Positions 1-8,483 of a stretch of 26,367 bases of DNA are shown here, one piece after another. Origin of the DNA: Candidatus Bathyarchaeia archaeon. GTDB taxonomy: Archaea; Thermoproteota; Bathyarchaeia; Bathyarchaeales; Bathycorpusculaceae. The translations under genes and the position numbers were made by a program. The stretch lies in NCBI GenBank assembly GCA_049512075.1, contig JBEKXL010000029.1:1-26367 (forward strand), given 5' to 3'. The notes under the pieces were generated by a model. The model was not told the DNA's origin, made no database searches, and was given only the letters and a program-made list of their open reading frames with translations. Every line of letters starts with the position of its first letter. The first letter of the stretch is position 1.

Positions 1-300
1 GTGTTGTAGGTTTACTGCGTTGATTCGGGATGAGTTGATGTACTTGGCGGCTTGAATGTAATCCTCTTCGAAATCCTGCCTTATCTGTTGTTTGACTCGG
101 CGGTCGTAGTCGTAGATTGTCTCTATTTCGTTTACGCTTATGACTCGGGCTGGGGCGAATTCACCGAGGAGGTCTATGGAGTCGACTAGGTCTTTCGTGA
201 AGGTTGCTATTCCGCATTCTCTGGGAGTGTATGTGCCTAGAAAGGCAATGTGTTCTTCGTTCGATTCTGGAACTCGAGGTTTTGTGGACAATTCTGACAT
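1..300 (-). CDS. Glycosyltransferase family 4 protein, N-terminal part (runs off the window)
   Basis: Not in the ORF track. Manual translation gives MSELSTKPRV...IAFLGTYTPRECGIATFTKDL...AAKYINSSRINAVNLQH, matching the TYxPRxCGIATF and LQH motifs of GT4 mannosyltransferase-like enzymes. AAGGTG lies directly before the ATG. Confidence 0.85.
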   Translation of the reverse strand, partial: MSELSTKPRVPESNEEHIAFLGTYTPRECGIATFTKDLVDSIDLLGEFAPARVISVNEIETIYDYDRRVKQQIRQDFEEDYIQAAKYINSSRINAVNLQH

Positions 301-746
301 CACCTTGCCTGAAGTTTTCGCTACAAGAATGTAGTGAATTTTGGCTTCAAAACGCCTTTGTTTATTAATACGCGTTTCGCCGTTAAAAAAATTTGCTGCT
401 CGTTGATGTTGTTTTCTGAGGTGAGAAGTGAATGGTGGAGTCAGGAGGTCCTTGTTGGTTGTGTTGGGGATAGAATTTTAATCCCAAACCCAAACCTCTC
501 TCACACTACTCCCTTCTCCTCTACTCTCTCCCTCCCCCACTCTCTATTATCTCTAACACATACATACAATTACAATTACAGACACACAGCCGTGAGAGTG
601 TGAAGGAAGCGGGCGCCTCCCCACCTAGGATATCAAGCAGGGCACTTCAAGACTTGATGAAGAAAGAAGTTCTGAACCAGAAGAAGATAGGCACGACATT
701 TCAACCATGATTGTTCGATTGTTTCCGTTAACGCTGAGCGCGCGCG

Positions 747-775
747 TGGCCCGGGAGAGATTCGAACTCTCGTCA
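747..775 (-). other. tRNA 3'-end remnant (possibly tRNA-Gln), candidate att site
   Basis: Minus strand reads TGAC-GAGAG-TTCGAAT-CTCTC-CCGGGCC-A: a perfect T-arm, acceptor 3' strand and discriminator. No matching 5' half (GGCCCGG) upstream. Confidence 0.75.
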
Positions 776-811
776 AGCATATCCTAAGCATATTTTTACC
801 GGTAAACTTAA

Positions 812-835
812 GTGGGGGTCCCACTCCCCGCACCA
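812..835 (+). other. tRNA-Leu-like 3'-end remnant, candidate att site
   Basis: GTGGG-ggt-CCCAC-TCCCCGC-ACCA: T-stem with a degenerate loop, an acceptor strand complementary to GCGGGGA, then ACCA and a pyrimidine tract. Confidence 0.55.
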
Positions 836-1165
836 TTCTCTTTCCGCCCTTTTTAGACACTCTTTTAGCGCGCGCTCCTGAAAGACCTTCTTTACAATTT
901 CGCCTACCATACTTCTTGCAATATTGTCCTAATCTTTTCTTCTATTGAGGCAAAAATCCTCTCACTCTTCAGACGAGAAACTAAATTGAAAATGAATCTC
1001 TCGATTTCAGGCTCCATCTGCAAAGATTGACACCTCGACTTTAGCGCACCCACACGCTTAATGTACGAAAACCGCGAAACATTGCAGAAAATCAAGAAAG
1101 AAGCGCGCGCGATGGTCAACTGCAAGGATTGCTTGACCACATATAAACCATTTTGGGTGAGACGA

Positions 1166-1492
1166 TTATGTTTTTTTGCTTATCACCACAATGAGTCCAA
1201 GTATTCCTCCGAGAGCAACTAGCAGTCCACCAAGTCCACCGCCGATGATTCCAACGATTATGAGTACGATTGCCCAAACGAGAGTAGCTGCGCTTTTTGA
1301 ACCGATTATTGCTATGACACCGCAAATAACGGCAACGATGCTGCCATAGGCGAAGCCCCAATCCCAATGCAAAACCGGCCCAAAGTTTTGACCAGAATAC
1401 CCAGCGAGTGATAGTAATCCTAAGATTACCAGGAGTATTCCGCCTAGAAGAGCTAAGATGTAAGCTATTCGAGACACTGAAATTTCTGACAT
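1166..1492 (-). CDS. Small Gly-rich multi-pass membrane protein
   Basis: 108 aa with 3-4 hydrophobic Gly-rich helices. TATA-like CTTAAA about 35 nt upstream on the minus strand. Confidence 0.75.
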   Translation of the reverse strand: MSEISVSRIAYILALLGGILLVILGLLSLAGYSGQNFGPVLHWDWGFAYGSIVAVICGVIAIIGSKSAATLVWAIVLIIVGIIGGGLGGLLVALGGILGLIVVISKKT

Positions 1493-1559
1493 TCACATTC
1501 CACGTCATAACTTATAGCTCTAGGCGTTTAAGAAGTTTACTCTGGTTTGGGTGAAAGAG

Positions 1560-1640
1560 ATGCCAGAGAAAAGAAGAAGAAACATTTGCCCAATCTGTGG
1601 TAGCAAAATGGAATACCACCATCAAGAATGTGTCGCATAG
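1560..1640 (+). CDS. Tiny zinc-ribbon-like ORF, possibly truncated
   Basis: MPEKRRRNICPICGSKMEYHHQECVA*, with GGTGA RBS and TTTAAG upstream. Ends just before a CGCGCG tract. Confidence 0.45.
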   Translation: MPEKRRRNICPICGSKMEYHHQECVA

Positions 1641-1777
1641 CCCGCGCGATGGAAACACGGATTCTCAAATTTCTTTTATGGACTCCCTGAAACGTTTATG
1701 TCTTCCGACACCGCGCGCGATAATTTTTCTTCGTGACTAAACGGTGACAATTGGAGTCCTTGAAGCACTTTTAAGCA

Positions 1778-1978
1778 ATGTTGAAAGAAGCGTGTGCTGC
1801 AGTTGAGTATCTGCTGATGCCTGAACGTGTCAAGAAGCTGGAAAGTCAGGTTCAGGTCCTGCACGTTGATTTGGAGGAGCTCACCGGGGCGCTAAAGAAA
1901 TTCTTGAATGTGGAAGGTTCGGTGCTGCCTGTTCCTGAGAGCCAAAGGAGTATGCAAGCGCGCGCGGAAAAGTTATAG
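1778..1978 (+). pseudogene. Probable C-terminal remnant of a coiled-coil protein
   Basis: AAVEYLLMPERVKKLESQVQVL...LEELTGALKKFL reads as an amphipathic helix. Lies between GC tracts at 1712 and 1958. Confidence 0.35.
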
Positions 1979-2253
1979 CCGAACCGAAGGATACCGTGTG
2001 GATTGGTGAATTCAGTTGAAGAATAATGAGTGCACAATCTACATCACAACTAAACATGGCTATATACAAAGATACCATAAAGAGAAGAATGGTTGGACAC
2101 AAACCAATCCAAACGGTAAAGTTCGGCCACTTAGTGCAGAGCAATTATTATCACACATCTTGCCATCCCTTGCCGGGATTGGACCTCTTAGCGTTAGGGT
2201 AGAACCAGATAAACAAACCTAATGATGTTGCGGAAAAGTTATAGCCGAACCGA
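1964..2253 (+). repeat. 24-bp perfect direct repeat containing a BRE/TATA-like box (1964-1987 and 2230-2253)
   Basis: GCGGAAAAGTTATAGCCGAACCGA occurs twice, each copy about 30-40 nt before an ORF start. Confidence 0.9.
2016..2222 (+). CDS. Small hypothetical protein
   Basis: 68-aa ORF with TTG start that fills the space between the two 24-bp promoter-like repeats. Confidence 0.6.
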   Translation: MKNNECTIYITTKHGYIQRYHKEKNGWTQTNPNGKVRPLSAEQLLSHILPSLAGIGPLSVRVEPDKQT

Positions 2254-2290
2254 GATAGACTACGTTGTTTGGCAATTCGGGTGTTGAGTG

Positions 2291-2767
2291 ATGGTTGACA
2301 TAACAGAGATTTCAGCAGTAGTGGCAGCTGCTGGTGTGTTAGTTGGGGTTGTCTTTACTGTTCTTGAGCTTAGACACCTAGCTAAACAGAGACAAACAGA
2401 CCTTGTAACTAGACTCTCCTACGATATCTCTACAAGCAGAGAATTCTTGGAAGCGTTTGTGGACACCTTTGAGGTTGAGTTCAAAGACTACGATGACTTC
2501 GTGAAAAGGTATGGAAGACCTATTTCTAGGAACCAGGTTCCCATGTCGTTCATGATGATGGGCAACTTCTTCGAGCAAATTGGGGTTCTTTTCAAAAATA
2601 GGCTCATTGATGCTTCTCTGATTGATCAACTTTTTCCCGTCTTTGTAGTGTGGGAGAAGATGAAACCTCTCGTAGAAGGTATGAGAAAGGAATATCACAA
2701 CCCAGGATTTCTTGAGTGGTTTGAATACCTCTACAATGAAATGAGGAAAAGAGAACAACGAAAATAG
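2291..2767 (+). CDS. DUF4760-like membrane-anchored helical protein
   Basis: N-terminal TM helix followed by ELR...RQTDL, NFFEQIGVL...LID and WFEYLYNEM patterns recalled for this family. Confidence 0.75.
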   Translation: MVDITEISAVVAAAGVLVGVVFTVLELRHLAKQRQTDLVTRLSYDISTSREFLEAFVDTFEVEFKDYDDFVKRYGRPISRNQVPMSFMMMGNFFEQIGVLFKNRLIDASLIDQLFPVFVVWEKMKPLVEGMRKEYHNPGFLEWFEYLYNEMRKREQRK

Positions 2768-3100
2768 AAGACACTTCTATCACTCTTTTTAAGCATCTTT
2801 ATTCACGGTGTTCTTTGGGAGATATCTATGTCAGTCGGGAATACGGGAGATATTCCCACTCGGGTGAGGTATGCAAACGTCTCTACGTTGGCTGTTCATT
2901 GAACAACCAGCTAATTTGCCACTTGTTCAAACCTCAGAATCTGTGTTGTCTGCATACGGCTGCAGTTGTTCGGAGATTTGAAACGTTGGAAGTCGCATAT
3001 CTTCTATCCTGATTTGGGATTCATAAGGCTTATTTCTCCAAAATTAGCAAAACGCAACGCACACGGTAGTAGCCGTGACCTATGTAACATGTGGTCGCAT

Positions 3101-5566
3101 ATGAAATGTCGATCTATCCCAGTTCTGCTATTTCTGCTGATAGCGTCTTTTGTGATTCCGATTCACACTGTCTCAGGGGACGTTGATTCGGACCTCCAAG
3201 TGACGCCGCTAACGCAGAGTTTTGTTGTGGATCTCGTGTACACCGACATGGCCCGGTTTAACTTTAACATAACCAACTCCGGCACCCAGCCGAGGTCTAT
3301 CCAGATTCAGCACCAGCCGGTGCCGGATTGGGGAGAGCGCGACGACTTTCAGTTCACAGTTCAGCCAAACGGGACCGACACGGTTTGGGTTAACATGGTG
3401 TATGGACTTCCGAACTCGACCTTTAACGGGCTGACCTACACCGCGACCTACGGCGTGATCGCGTGGCACGTTGACCCGCCGATGGACCAGTACGTGGTGG
3501 CGAACGTGACCATAACATGGACCATAATCAGTTCGTGGGACGGCGTGTACTATGGCGGAAGCGGAAGGGTGCTTGACGCTACGGATTCTAGTCCGATTCC
3601 AGGCGCTTACGTCGGCTTCGACATGGCCGGCGAGTTCGGACTCGGCTGGGGGAACCCCGTGGTTTCACAGGCCGACGGAAGCTACTCGGCGGACAGGGTG
3701 TTTCCAGGAATTTCAAGCATCGCCATCGCGATGGCCCGCGGGTACCAGACCTACATAAACGCTGACTACTATGTTGCCCCAAATCCGCAGTGGCGCATCC
3801 AGCAGGACTTCCAACTGATCCCCTCAGGAACCGTGGGGAACTACAGCTTGGAATGGAGCTCGACCCTGCTCAGTCCCATCTACTACGGGGCGATATCATC
3901 CGACTTCAAAACCGCGGTTTTGGCGGGAGGCGAGCATGCAACCATGAGCTACCACGCATCAGTCTCGCCGTCTTTCAGCAACCTGTACTACGTCTACATG
4001 TTCGACACGAACGGAACACTGCTCTGGAGGTTCGGCCCCGTCACCAACTCCAGCGATACTTACGGAGGGTTCTGGAGCGCCGCCATAACGGCGGACGGCT
4101 CCTTAGCGGCCGCGGGAACCAACGATGGGCAGCTCTTCGTCTTTGACAGGCACGGCCTGCTGTGGGACGTGGACGCAAGAGGCTCCAACGGTTCAGTGGC
4201 GTTTGCACGGTTTTCGCCAGACGGGAAGTACCTGGTGGACTATGCATTTCGCGCCACGATAGAGTACAGGAACGCGAGCACCGGCGCGATCATCTGGACT
4301 GCACACACTGATGAGTATGCCGATCCGAGGGCGTCTCTGTTCAGTGCTGATGGCGGCAGGCTGCTGGTTGGAACTTCAGTGCTGCGGATGTTCGACACCG
4401 CAGACGGGACCCTGCTCTGGGCAACAACGACAAACGGGTATATCTGGCCGACCGCGATCGCCGCGACACCCGACTTCTCACTCATAGTCGTTGGCACCGG
4501 GAAGGGCGGCAGTATCTGGGCCTACGACGGCGACGGCAACCTCAAGTGGGAGTTTGATACAACAAGCACGGCGGTTAACTGGGTCTCCATGTCAAGCGAC
4601 GGCTCCGTCATTGCTGTGGGGGCAAGGGACGGCCTCAGGGTCTTCAGCCCGGACGGGAAGCTGCGCTGGGGGATCTATGGCATTGCAATCATCCTTCCTT
4701 GGCTTGGCGACGTAACGGCGGGAGCCGTGACCCCGGATGGCCGCTACATTCTTGCTGGTACAGACGGTTCCACAGTTTATGTAAGCGACTACAATGTCAC
4801 TCCTAATGGTGCCTTGCTCTTCGACGTGAACGGCACGCTCCTCTGGAGCGACTTCTGGAATACGACGGCGACAAAGTGGTCGCCTCCGGACCTCGGGAGG
4901 CCGCTGTTTGCGGCGATATCCAGTGATGCCAGTGCTTTCATCTTTGGGTCCACTGATAACACGGTGAGAGTATACCACGGGGCAGTCGTAGCGACGTCGG
5001 CTTCTCAGAGCGTCAATCATGTTATTGACCATAGTGTTCAAGTGGATGGAAGAGTTTTCCACGTTGTTACGGAGAGCAACTCAACTGTGTCGGATGTTGT
5101 CTTTGATCAATCACAAATAAAGTTCAATGTCTCTGGTGACTCTGGCACTGTGGGATATTTCAATGTAACGATTCCAAAGTCTCTGATGAACTACACAGAG
5201 CTTGATGATTGGACCGTATGGGTCAATGGTACGCAGCTTCTTCCGTCTGACTTCCCCACGCCAACGGAAAACGCAACGCACACATTCATGTACTTCACGT
5301 GCACGTTTGCTTCCACTTTGCAGGTAACTATCAAAGGAACATATGCGGCTCCAGAGTTCTCATCACCAACTATTCTGCTATTATTCATTGCAATAACGCT
5401 TCTAGCAATCACAGTCTACAAAAAGAGGAAATGGGAAACTGTGAAGACTCTGAATACAAGAGCACCTTCTGTCAGCATTTACCGAGTACACGAGACCAGT
5501 ACACACGATGGTAGAGACATCGGATACCCGGAAAACAATCGGGTTTTCGGGAGATTTCGCCACTAG
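3101..5566 (+). CDS. Secreted/surface protein with Ig-like, carboxypeptidase-regulatory-like and PQQ/WD40-type beta-propeller domains and a PEF-CTERM-like anchor
   Basis: Signal peptide from ATG 3101 (MKCRSIPVLLFLLIASF). GRVLDATDSSPIPGAYV domain, repeated DG(T/K/N)L(L/K/R)W blades, then APEFS + TM helix + KKRK. Confidence 0.8.
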   Translation: MKCRSIPVLLFLLIASFVIPIHTVSGDVDSDLQVTPLTQSFVVDLVYTDMARFNFNITNSGTQPRSIQIQHQPVPDWGERDDFQFTVQPNGTDTVWVNMVYGLPNSTFNGLTYTATYGVIAWHVDPPMDQYVVANVTITWTIISSWDGVYYGGSGRVLDATDSSPIPGAYVGFDMAGEFGLGWGNPVVSQADGSYSADRVFPGISSIAIAMARGYQTYINADYYVAPNPQWRIQQDFQLIPSGTVGNYSLEWSSTLLSPIYYGAISSDFKTAVLAGGEHATMSYHASVSPSFSNLYYVYMFDTNGTLLWRFGPVTNSSDTYGGFWSAAITADGSLAAAGTNDGQLFVFDRHGLLWDVDARGSNGSVAFARFSPDGKYLVDYAFRATIEYRNASTGAIIWTAHTDEYADPRASLFSADGGRLLVGTSVLRMFDTADGTLLWATTTNGYIWPTAIAATPDFSLIVVGTGKGGSIWAYDGDGNLKWEFDTTSTAVNWVSMSSDGSVIAVGARDGLRVFSPDGKLRWGIYGIAIILPWLGDVTAGAVTPDGRYILAGTDGSTVYVSDYNVTPNGALLFDVNGTLLWSDFWNTTATKWSPPDLGRPLFAAISSDASAFIFGSTDNTVRVYHGAVVATSASQSVNHVIDHSVQVDGRVFHVVTESNSTVSDVVFDQSQIKFNVSGDSGTVGYFNVTIPKSLMNYTELDDWTVWVNGTQLLPSDFPTPTENATHTFMYFTCTFASTLQVTIKGTYAAPEFSSPTILLLFIAITLLAITVYKKRKWETVKTLNTRAPSVSIYRVHETSTHDGRDIGYPENNRVFGRFRH

Positions 5567-5626
5567 GTTTGAGCGCCCGCTAAATACAGCGAACACCTCA
5601 AAAAAAAGATTCTGTGACTAGCGCGC

Positions 5627-5767
5627 ACACGGCGTGATCGCCATTTACCACTATTCAAGACCCGAGAAAAACGATGAGACAACAAGAGTCATCTGGGAAG
5701 ACAAGGACTCGCTAATGGCTTACAGACAAGGAGAATTGATTAAAGAGGCAATCGCCTTTGAAAACAA
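5627..5767 (+). pseudogene. Internal fragment of an ABM-like (ferredoxin-fold) protein
   Basis: IAIYHYSRPEKNDETTRVIWEDKDSLMAYRQGELIKEAIAFENK, bounded on both sides by GC tracts (5621, 5768). Confidence 0.45.
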
Positions 5768-5775
5768 GCGCGCGC

Positions 5776-5915
5776 CGTATATCGTACCTAGTTCTTTGTG
5801 CGTATCTTTGGCAATGACTCCTCCAGCTTGGTGAAGTATAACGTGAATTTTTGCATTATTAGCGTTGTATGTTCCAGCATTGGCAACGTAACCGTAAACT
5901 GGATGTAAGCATCTT
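5776..5915 (-). pseudogene. Fragment of a beta-rich (Ig-like) extracellular protein
   Basis: Manual translation LHPVYGYVANAGTYNANNAKIHVILHQAGGVIAKDTHKELGTIYG runs into the GC tract at 5768-5775. No valid start. Confidence 0.45.
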
Positions 5916-6041
5916 GCAAGAGCGGTCTTTTGTATCCTCCTTCAAATAGATCGGGAACAGTTTTGCTGCTTTCAAACTTTCTATTTCAGAGCTGCCGAAA
6001 ACCTTTATAATCTAATGGTACAGAGTTCTTTTACGGTAAAT

Positions 6042-6248
6042 ATGTCAGATGCGTTAAACAAAACTAAGAAAAAAATCAAAGCAGGCGCTGAGAAGACGGA
6101 AGCAGAAGCAAAGAAAGCCGGAGGAAAACTTAAGAAAGCCGGAATAAAAGCGGGAGAAGAAGTGAAACAAGCGGGCAAGAAAAGCGCCGATGAAGTCAAG
6201 AAAGTCGGCCATGAAACAAAAGAAAAGCTTCGGCCTAAGAAATCCTAA
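6042..6248 (+). CDS. Lys/Ala/Glu-rich small protein (LEA/hydrophilin-like)
   Basis: About 11-residue periodic K(K/Q)AG repeats. Strong BRE-TATA GAAAACCTTTATAA at 5997-6010. Confidence 0.75.
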   Translation: MSDALNKTKKKIKAGAEKTEAEAKKAGGKLKKAGIKAGEEVKQAGKKSADEVKKVGHETKEKLRPKKS

Positions 6249-6365
6249 CCCCCGAATTCCTCCTTTCAGCCACCCTGAATACTGAAATCAACTGTTTCCT
6301 TTGCCCTTTGAACCGATACATAAGGGTACCCTATGCTTGTCTGTTCGTTCCATAAGCGCGCGCGC

Positions 6366-6386
6366 TAATGCGGTGTTGTCGGCCCC
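6366..6386. repeat. 21-bp perfect repeat, second copy at 16267-16287
   Basis: TAATGCGGTGTTGTCGGCCCC is identical at both sites, and each copy abuts GC tracts. Confidence 0.9.
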
Positions 6387-6469
6387 AGCCTTTTTTTGTT
6401 TACATTTTTTGCAATGTTGAATCGTAAAACTGCGATGTTGCGTCTGGTGACGTCGCTGCCCTTTTTCAC

Positions 6470-6604
6470 TTGTAATGTCAGATGTAATGTGTATTGTTAC
6501 AAACCATGAAGAAAAACGGGCGGAAAGGCTGTTCAGAGTGCACTCGGCTCTTTTATTTGTAATGTCAGATGTAATTTTCAATGTAATAGTCAGGGACTGT
6601 AGGC
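6470..6604. repeat. About 130-bp iteron-like block, copy 1
   Basis: TTGTAATGTCAGATGTAAT at 6470-6488 and 6557-6575. The block is colinear with 17829-17958. Confidence 0.85.
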
Positions 6605-6853
6605 GCGCGCTAGTGACGTTTCCAGGGAATTCGAGGATCAGTTGACATCTCTGCGCGGGCGCTTTGCCTATTTGATTTTTACTTTTTCCATGATTCGCTT
6701 TTCATATTCCTCTTTCAACTGAAAAGTGAGGATTGGGTTGGGCTTTAACAAGCTTTGTCGTGGATGCTTGGGGTGAAATAGAAAGTAAAACAGATGCCTG
6801 TACCAAAAGGTGGGAAAACTGAAGTTACCAACTAAAAGGTGGTTGTCCTTTCT

Positions 6854-7042
6854 TTACCCTAAGATGCGCTCTAAGAAGCAGCCGCCTATGAAAAAGAAAG
6901 GAGTGGAAAATCCTAAAACTGCGCTTAGAAAGCGCGTTCCAGTATCTAGCTTAAAATATAGAGACACGCCAGCTATGAGGATAATGAAACCGATTGCTAA
7001 TGAGATAATGGCTCGTAAACGAAAGTTAATACTTTCACTCAT
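6854..7042 (-). CDS. Small two-TM membrane protein
   Basis: 62 aa with two hydrophobic helices. GAGGT RBS; ATGA overlap with the upstream gene. Confidence 0.7.
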   Translation of the reverse strand: MSESINFRLRAIISLAIGFIILIAGVSLYFKLDTGTRFLSAVLGFSTPFFFIGGCFLERILG

Positions 7043-7446
7043 TTTTGAACCTCTAATTTGTCCTCTTGTTCTGATGGAGATATGGTTTCTGTTTTTGAGT
7101 ATTTTTTTAGTTCATTCAGCGTCTTTATTCCCAAATACCAAACCAAAGACAGATTGACAACCATCGTTACGATGAACCAGATTAATGGTGAGTTAATCGA
7201 GGTTCCAGAGATATAGAAAAAGCTAGTCATTTCGGTTACAAATTTGTAAGTACCTTGAGCAGTTATACCAACTTGAACGATAGCGTAGCTTGCATAAGTA
7301 GCACTAACGTAGCCATTTTCATAAGTTGCTTTAACACGTGAATCCAGATTGAGTGCTACGGCATTCCATGTTACAAAATCCAACAAAATGAAGCCTACAA
7401 GCAATGCCACATTTATGAGGACAATACAGGCAAACGTCCTATTCAT
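7039..7446 (-). CDS. Membrane protein (two TM helices flanking an extracellular loop)
   Basis: 135 aa with ATGA overlaps at both ends. Ends in EDKLEVQK, encoded by the leader repeat. Confidence 0.75.
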   Translation of the reverse strand: MNRTFACIVLINVALLVGFILLDFVTWNAVALNLDSRVKATYENGYVSATYASYAIVQVGITAQGTYKFVTEMTSFFYISGTSINSPLIWFIVTMVVNLSLVWYLGIKTLNELKKYSKTETISPSEQEDKLEVQK

Positions 7447-7724
7447 TCTTGAACCCCTAGTTTGTCTTCTACTGGCTTGTGAATTAATAAATGATACCAG
7501 TCAAACAGCAAGCCAAGAGTGACGGCTAAAACGATTGCTCCACATATAACCAACACTAACCCGAGTGCACCGTAAGGCTTCGAAAAGAATGGTAACATGT
7601 TCATTGTTCTGGTGATAGGATACCAATAATCAGTAATTACCCATAGCCAATTTCCAAAGCCTATGAGAAAAAGACTCATAATGAAAAGCACAGCCAATGT
7701 CAAAATCATCCTTGTTCGACTCAT
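7443..7724 (-). CDS. Small two-TM membrane protein
   Basis: 93 aa ending in EDKLGVQE, encoded by the leader repeat. AGAACTTTAAG promoter-like box upstream. Confidence 0.7.
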   Translation of the reverse strand: MSRTRMILTLAVLFIMSLFLIGFGNWLWVITDYWYPITRTMNMLPFFSKPYGALGLVLVICGAIVLAVTLGLLFDWYHLLIHKPVEDKLGVQE

Positions 7725-7811
7725 TCTTGAAGCTCTCCCTATTCACTAATCATGGCTGAAATCTCTTAAAGTTCTACGCAATAGAACAGCATGTACCAAA
7801 AACAGAACAGC

Positions 7812-7852
7812 CTAGTTTGTCTTCTGTTGCTGTACGGATTTAAGATTTCTGT
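7812..7852 (-). promoter_or_regulatory. Promoter-leader repeat copy, truncated before the RBS
   Basis: ACAGAAATCTTAAATCCGTACAGCAACAGAAGACAAACTAG, near-identical to 16367-16405 and 17001-17039. Confidence 0.75.
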
Positions 7853-7888
7853 CTCGCCTCTGTGACCAATGACTTACAAGGTTTTCAT

Positions 7889-8203
7889 CTAGTTCCCAAT
7901 TGATTCACGCCTGAGAATTAGAATGAAAACTGCAATAGCGTCAAGCAGAATTACGGCTAATATAAGCATCCACTGGGCTGTAACGACTTCATTATTGACA
8001 ATAGTGGGATGAGCCTGAATCCATCCTGGCATTTCTATTGTCGCGTCAACATAGAAAAGAAAACTCAAAGACAAGAATAACAAGAATCCCAAAAACATTC
8101 CGATTAGGAACAGAGTTCTTTCCCAATCCTTCACTTCCTTGTCTGCAAATGCTATCAAGAAATTAATGGAAACAAAGAGAATAACTGTTATTGTAAGCTC
8201 CAT
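7889..8203 (-). CDS. Three-TM membrane protein, possibly 5'-truncated
   Basis: 104 aa hydrophobic ORF. The frame stays open upstream of the ATG through the GC tract at 8279-8288. Confidence 0.6.
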   Translation of the reverse strand: MELTITVILFVSINFLIAFADKEVKDWERTLFLIGMFLGFLLFLSLSFLFYVDATIEMPGWIQAHPTIVNNEVVTAQWMLILAVILLDAIAVFILILRRESIGN

Positions 8204-8483
8204 GTCGGTTTCGGGACTTGGTCCTTTTTGATTACCTAGAGCATTGTTACTCTCTCCTAGAAGCGAATAAACGAGGAAGCGCGCGCGCTAATGAGCAGAA
8301 ATTAACGCAAAAAACATGATTTAGCAACGCACTGGCGCGCAATAAGTAGTGTGAAACCAAACTTTGAGAGTGGAAACAATTGGCTCTAATTCTGAAAAAC
8401 TGATAAATTAGTCTCTGCCGTAACTGAATGTTGGGGTGTCAAATTTGGTTACTGAAAAAGCAACGCATTTTCACGCTTGCCAG

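Noticed and set aside
334-603. 89-aa ORF
   Set aside because: Low-complexity product of the skewed tract, overlapping the likely promoter region of the GT4 gene.
625-710. RALQDLMKKEVLNQK as a remnant paralogue of the 25090 protein
   Set aside because: Too short to support without a search.
747-835. Complete or intron-containing tRNA gene
   Set aside because: No 5' acceptor strand, D-arm or anticodon arm for either fragment.
6470-6575. 19-bp repeats as a CRISPR array
   Set aside because: Only 2-3 copies, spacers too long and homologous between the two blocks, and no cas genes.
6288-6581. 97-aa ORF with ITSDIT repeats
   Set aside because: It is a translation of the DNA repeat. The frame is not preserved in the second copy and it crosses a GC junction.
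1964-8203. Classical integron with attC sites
   Set aside because: No integron integrase in the window and no RYYYAAC/GTTRRRY-bounded hairpins between the ORFs.
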